A stretch of 64,000 nt of DNA from Nitrososphaeria archaeon (GTDB lineage Archaea; Thermoproteota; Nitrososphaeria; JACIWG01), in assembly GCA_050011875.1 (NCBI GenBank), contig JBEKIG010000001.1, forward strand, positions 64,001-128,000. The letters are read 5' to 3'. A program made the position numbers and the translations under genes. The notes beneath the pieces were generated by a model. It did not search any database. It was not told the origin of the DNA and saw nothing but the letters and a program-made list of their open reading frames with translations. This document shows, piece after piece, positions 59,823-64,000 of this stretch; the first letter of the stretch is position 1, and each line of letters opens with the position of its first letter.

Positions 59823-61484
59823 TTGAGACCTGAAGAACTTCATAAATCGGCAGAAATGGAGCAAGAACTCCGTACTTCATATAAATTCAGGATCAATGTT
59901 TGCTGTTCAAGTGGATGTGCTCATTTTGGTGCTCTTAAAGTGCTTAAAGCATTTGAAGACGCCGTCAAAGAGTTCGGTGTCGAAAAGATATGTAAGGTGG
60001 CTAGGACAGGCTGCATTGGAACCTGCTCCGTAGGACCAGCCGTTATGATCGAACCAGGTGACTACCTATATGAGAGCGTGACACCAGAAATGGCGAAAAA
60101 AATAGTTAGCGAACATATAGTTAATGGTAGACCAATCAAAGGCAATTTATACAGCAATTCCGACTTCTTCCAAAAACAGCTTAGGATAGTGTTGAGAGAT
60201 GCTGGAAAAATCGATCCCCTCAGAATGGAAGACTACATAGCTGTGGGAGGCTATTCCGCGCTTGCCAAGGCTTTAACAACCATGGAACCGGCACAGGTGA
60301 TAGCGGCAATATCTGCCAGTGGCTTGAGGGGCCGTGGCGGTGCAGGTTTTCTTACAGGTCAAAAGTGGAACTTTGTCGCTAAGTCTTCAACGACCCCAAA
60401 ATATATTGTAGCAAACTTAGATGAAGGAGACCCGGGTGTATTTGCTAACCGCACACTTGCCGAAGCGGATCCACATTCAATTCTTGAAGGAATGGCTATC
60501 GCCGCATACGCCATTGGATCTGAACAAGGTTACATCTACATCCGTAGTGAATACCCTCTAGGGGTCCAGACATTGAAAAAGGCTGTTGAGCAAGCTAAGA
60601 CGCAAAGCTTTTTGGGAGAGAAGGTTCTCGGCACAGATTTCAGATTCGATGTTGAACTTAGATTAGGTGCCGGTGCATTCGTTGCAGGCGAAGAAACCGC
60701 TATTCTTGCTTCCATCGAAGGGCGTAGAGCTATGCCACGCCCACGACCACCTTACCCGGCTGTTTCAGGCCTTTGGGGAAAGCCGACATTAATTAACAAC
60801 GTAGAAACATTAGCCAATGTCCCATTAATTATATTGAATGGTAGTGCGTGGTTCTCTAAGATAGGTTCACCAGGCTGCAGTGGAACCAAATGTTTCTCTT
60901 TAACGGGCAAGACCAATAATCCCGGATTAATAGAAGTTCCGATGGGTACAACATTGGGAGAAGTGGTCTACGACATAGGTGGAGGTGTTCCGGAAGGTAG
61001 GAAGTTTAAGGCTGTGTTGGTTGGAGGCCCTTCAGGGGGATGTCTTCCCGAAGATAAACTTAATCTGCCGATAGATTATGATAGTCTCACCAAGGCTGGA
61101 GCAATTATGGGATCTGGTGGAATTGTTGTGCTAGATGACAAATCCTGCATGGTGGATACGGCACATTTCTTCACAGACTTCTGTGTTGATGAATCATGTG
61201 GAAAATGTGTGCCTTGTAGAGTAGGACTCACGAAAGCTAGAGGAATTCTGGCGGGGATCATGGGAGGTGAAGGAAGAGTTGAGGACTTAGAAAAGCTTGA
61301 AAAACTGATGTTTCTGGCCAAGGATGTAAGCCTATGCGGTTTGGGACAGACCGCTGCAAACCCGATTTTGACGACTCTCAACTATTTCAAAGACGAATAC
61401 CTGAAACACATAGTTGAGAAGAAATGCCCTGCAGGAAGCTCGAATTGTTTTAATAAACAAGGTAAGGGGATGAATACTAAATGA
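59823..61484 (+). CDS. hoxF: Bidirectional hydrogenase diaphorase subunit HoxF (NuoF-like)
   Basis: N-terminal 2Fe-2S CCSSGC...GCIGTC; GRGGAGF, DEGDPG, GEET, GGPSGG, ESCGKCVPCR, SLCGLG; no C-terminal ferredoxin. Confidence 0.92.
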   Translation: MRPEELHKSAEMEQELRTSYKFRINVCCSSGCAHFGALKVLKAFEDAVKEFGVEKICKVARTGCIGTCSVGPAVMIEPGDYLYESVTPEMAKKIVSEHIVNGRPIKGNLYSNSDFFQKQLRIVLRDAGKIDPLRMEDYIAVGGYSALAKALTTMEPAQVIAAISASGLRGRGGAGFLTGQKWNFVAKSSTTPKYIVANLDEGDPGVFANRTLAEADPHSILEGMAIAAYAIGSEQGYIYIRSEYPLGVQTLKKAVEQAKTQSFLGEKVLGTDFRFDVELRLGAGAFVAGEETAILASIEGRRAMPRPRPPYPAVSGLWGKPTLINNVETLANVPLIILNGSAWFSKIGSPGCSGTKCFSLTGKTNNPGLIEVPMGTTLGEVVYDIGGGVPEGRKFKAVLVGGPSGGCLPEDKLNLPIDYDSLTKAGAIMGSGGIVVLDDKSCMVDTAHFFTDFCVDESCGKCVPCRVGLTKARGILAGIMGGEGRVEDLEKLEKLMFLAKDVSLCGLGQTAANPILTTLNYFKDEYLKHIVEKKCPAGSSNCFNKQGKGMNTK

Positions 61485-62185
61485 GCTTTCCCAGTATTAA
61501 GCTAATGATCGATGAAAGGGAATTAGTTGCCCAACCAAGCACCACGATACTTACAGCTGCGACCGATAACGGCATCTATATTCCAACTTTGTGCTACCTG
61601 GAGGGTTTAACTAGCCTTGGGGGCTGCCGTCTATGTGTCGTTGAAGTGAAGGGTTCACCCAAGCTTTTCCCATCTTGCTCTACTCCGGTCAGTAACGGCA
61701 TGGAGGTTGCGACGGTCTCAGAAAAACTTACTAGATATCGCAAACAACTGGTAGAGCTTTTACTGTCTGAACGAACTCACATCTGTTCAGTATGCGTTGC
61801 AAACGGCGCCTGCGAACTCCAGGCTATGGCGACCAAACTTGGAGTCGACTATGTTAATGTGGAGCGTGAATGGACTAGATTTGAGGTGGACTCTACTCAC
61901 AAACGTTTTGTACTTGACAGAAACAGGTGCATTCTATGCACTCGCTGTGTAAGAGTATGTGATGAAATAGAAGGCGTTCACACTATAGACCTGAAGCATA
62001 GGGGTATTTATTCCCAGATAATCATGGACCTAGACGAGCCCTGGGGATCTTCTTACTCCTGTACCTCTTGCAGCAAGTGCTCTGCAGTCTGTCCCGTCGG
62101 ATCAATCTATGTCAAAAACGAACCATTTTCTGAAACAAAGAATCCTGAACTTCCTAAATTCATTATTGACAGGAGGCGCAGGTGA
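61481..62185 (+). CDS. hoxU: Bidirectional hydrogenase diaphorase subunit HoxU
   Basis: IPTLC, GCRLCVVE, HICSVCVANGACELQ, CILCTRCVRVC, CTSCSKCSAVCP. Confidence 0.93.
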   Translation: MSFPSIKLMIDERELVAQPSTTILTAATDNGIYIPTLCYLEGLTSLGGCRLCVVEVKGSPKLFPSCSTPVSNGMEVATVSEKLTRYRKQLVELLLSERTHICSVCVANGACELQAMATKLGVDYVNVEREWTRFEVDSTHKRFVLDRNRCILCTRCVRVCDEIEGVHTIDLKHRGIYSQIIMDLDEPWGSSYSCTSCSKCSAVCPVGSIYVKNEPFSETKNPELPKFIIDRRRR

Positions 62186-62191
62186 TAGTAA

Positions 62192-62725
62192 ATGGTGAAA
62201 GTGAAAGTTGCTACGGTCTGGCTAAGCGGGTGCTCAGGATGCCACATGTCGTTCCTAGACCAAGACGAGAAGCTCATAGACTTGGCAGAAAAGATGGAAC
62301 TGGTCTACAGCCCGCTTGTTGACAAAAAGGAATTCCCTGATGGCACCGACATTACACTAATAGAGGGTGCTGTGGCGAACGTGGAACAGCTAGAGTTGCT
62401 AAAGCTTGTCAGAAATCGCACCAAAATCCTTGTATCCCTAGGCGATTGTGCAGTAACAGGAAACGTTACAGCTCTAAGGAACTGTTTCAGTGACAGTGCG
62501 AATTCTGTCCTCAAAAGGGAATTCATCGAAAACACCGATGTTCAACCTCAGATACCGACGGAAGTTCCTGCACTTCTTGAACACGTTCTTTCACTGCATG
62601 AAGCTGTTAAGGTTGACTTCTTTATTCCAGGATGCCCCCCACATGCTGACCTCATAAATTATGTCCTGTCAGAGCTTTTAGCAGGTAAAATGCCCACAAT
62701 GGCAGACAAATTCAAGTATGGTTAG
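62192..62725 (+). CDS. hoxY: [NiFe] hydrogenase small subunit HoxY (single cluster)
   Basis: WLSGCSGCHMSF, GDCAVTGN, PGCPP; only 177 aa as in group 3d. Confidence 0.93.
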   Translation: MVKVKVATVWLSGCSGCHMSFLDQDEKLIDLAEKMELVYSPLVDKKEFPDGTDITLIEGAVANVEQLELLKLVRNRTKILVSLGDCAVTGNVTALRNCFSDSANSVLKREFIENTDVQPQIPTEVPALLEHVLSLHEAVKVDFFIPGCPPHADLINYVLSELLAGKMPTMADKFKYG

Positions 62726-62739
62726 GAAGATGAAAAAAT

Positions 62740-64000
62740 ATGGCTGAGAAAATTGTCATAAATCCTGTAACAAGGATAGAAGGCCACGCAAAGGTGTCCA
62801 TATTCCTTAAAGAAGACGGAAAAGTACAGGAAGCTAGGTTCGAAATAGTTGACTTCAGAGGCTTCGAAAAGTTTACTGAAGGCCGTCCTTTTTACGAAAT
62901 GCCGAGCATAACTTCTAGGTCGTGCGGAATATGTCCTGTGAGCCACCTTTTAGCTTCAGCCAAGGCATGCGACCAGATAGCTTCTGTAAAGATAACCAAA
63001 ACTGCGGAGAATCTGCGTCGTTTAATGCACAACGGACAAATGATTCAATCACATGCTTTAAACTTCTTCCATCTTTCATCACCAGATTTAATGCTGGGCT
63101 TAGATTCTGACCCAGCTAAAAGAAACATCTTTGGTCTAATAGAAAAATATCCAGAAATTGCGAAGCAAGGGATTAAACTTAGGAAGTTTGGTCAACAGAT
63201 CATCGAATTTTTGAGCGGCAAAAGAATACATTCCAGTGACTGGATCGTACCGGGAGGTGTAAAATATCCGTTTACAAAAGAGAAGCAAAATAGGCTGCTG
63301 GCTGATCTTCCAGAAGCCTTAGACATAGCGACTAAAACGCTAGAAACATTCAAGAAAAGCCTTCCAGAATATGAAGATGAAATAGCAGACTTCGGCAACT
63401 TCCCAACCTACTATCTGAGCCTTATAACCCAAGACGGTGGACTCGAGCATTACGATGGGGAAATAAGGATTAAGGGCCCCAATGGTAATATTATAGAAGA
63501 CAGACTAGATCCGACCAAGTACCTCGAATACATCGGAGAAGCCTGCGAACCGTGGTCTTATATGAAGTTTCCATATTATAAGCCTCTGGGATATCCGGAC
63601 GGAATATATAGGGTTGGCCCACTCGCCAGATTAAATGTTTCTGCAAAATGCGGAACCCCTATCGCAGATGATGAACTTAATGAGTTCAAAAAACTCGGCA
63701 GGAATGGTGTAGTTGAAAGTACTTTCATGTATCACTACGCGCGTTTGATCGAAATAATTTTCTGTGTTGAGAGGACGAAACAAATGCTTGAAGACTCTGA
63801 CATTCTCAAAGAGAACGTTTGGGTTAAATCTGATGCCAACCAGAATGAAGGCGTAGGTGTTGCTGAAGCTCCAAGAGGGACCTTGTTTCACCACTACAAG
63901 GTTGACGATTTGGGTCGGATAACTTGGGTGAATATGATCATTGCAACGGAGAACAACAACTTAGCATACAACAAGGCAGTAACACAAGTAGCAAAGAAGT
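62740..64000 (+). CDS. hoxH: [NiFe] hydrogenase large subunit HoxH, 3' partial
   Basis: Absent from ORF track (no stop in window); MAEKIVINPVTRIEGHAK, RGFEKF, L1 motif ITSRSCGICPVSHLLASAKA, VGPLAR, EAPRGTLFHHY. Confidence 0.95.
   Translation, partial: MAEKIVINPVTRIEGHAKVSIFLKEDGKVQEARFEIVDFRGFEKFTEGRPFYEMPSITSRSCGICPVSHLLASAKACDQIASVKITKTAENLRRLMHNGQMIQSHALNFFHLSSPDLMLGLDSDPAKRNIFGLIEKYPEIAKQGIKLRKFGQQIIEFLSGKRIHSSDWIVPGGVKYPFTKEKQNRLLADLPEALDIATKTLETFKKSLPEYEDEIADFGNFPTYYLSLITQDGGLEHYDGEIRIKGPNGNIIEDRLDPTKYLEYIGEACEPWSYMKFPYYKPLGYPDGIYRVGPLARLNVSAKCGTPIADDELNEFKKLGRNGVVESTFMYHYARLIEIIFCVERTKQMLEDSDILKENVWVKSDANQNEGVGVAEAPRGTLFHHYKVDDLGRITWVNMIIATENNNLAYNKAVTQVAKK

Noticed and set aside
876-63894. 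Many 60-175 aa ORFs antisense to or nested in recognised genes
   Set aside because: Shadow ORFs with no motifs, fully overlapping well-supported genes
1-64000. CRISPR arrays, IS elements, integrases, rRNA genes
   Set aside because: No regularly spaced repeats, transposase/integrase motifs or rRNA sequence seen on manual reading

Overview
Archaeal chromosomal window (AT-rich, gene-dense, BRE/TATA promoters). TBP, TFB, aIF1 and a LarA-like protein resemble Nitrososphaeria (Thaumarchaeota) types, but the metabolic genes point to an anaerobic or microaerobic heterotroph, most plausibly a basal non-ammonia-oxidising lineage (inference). Contents in order: end of a sugar ABC operon with a Zn-ADH, two enolase-superfamily dehydratases, an Fe-S aldo/keto reductase and a ThDP enzyme; AmmeMemoRadiSam radical SAM; tandem moeA; ltaE, nfo, gdhA; a GlcD/GlcF pair; an unusual Opp/Dpp operon; signal peptidase I; fprA; an uncharacterised two-gene Fe-S module; a housekeeping block (tbp, pyrE, ard1/rimI, aIF1, tfb, HDAC, alaX, trxB, suhB); an S8 protease; an HpcH aldolase; and a cyanobacterial-type hoxEFUYH group 3d [NiFe] hydrogenase operon running off the right edge. 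Outside the ORF track I found a double-guide C/D box sRNA aimed at 23S rRNA helix 69-71, a tRNA-like cloverleaf, in-frame TAA stops in a site-2 protease and trxB, and decayed remnants of a restriction-modification enzyme, cofE, a GMP synthase subunit and a GT2. No CRISPR array, rRNA gene or IS element was seen. All family calls rest on motif recognition, not database searches.
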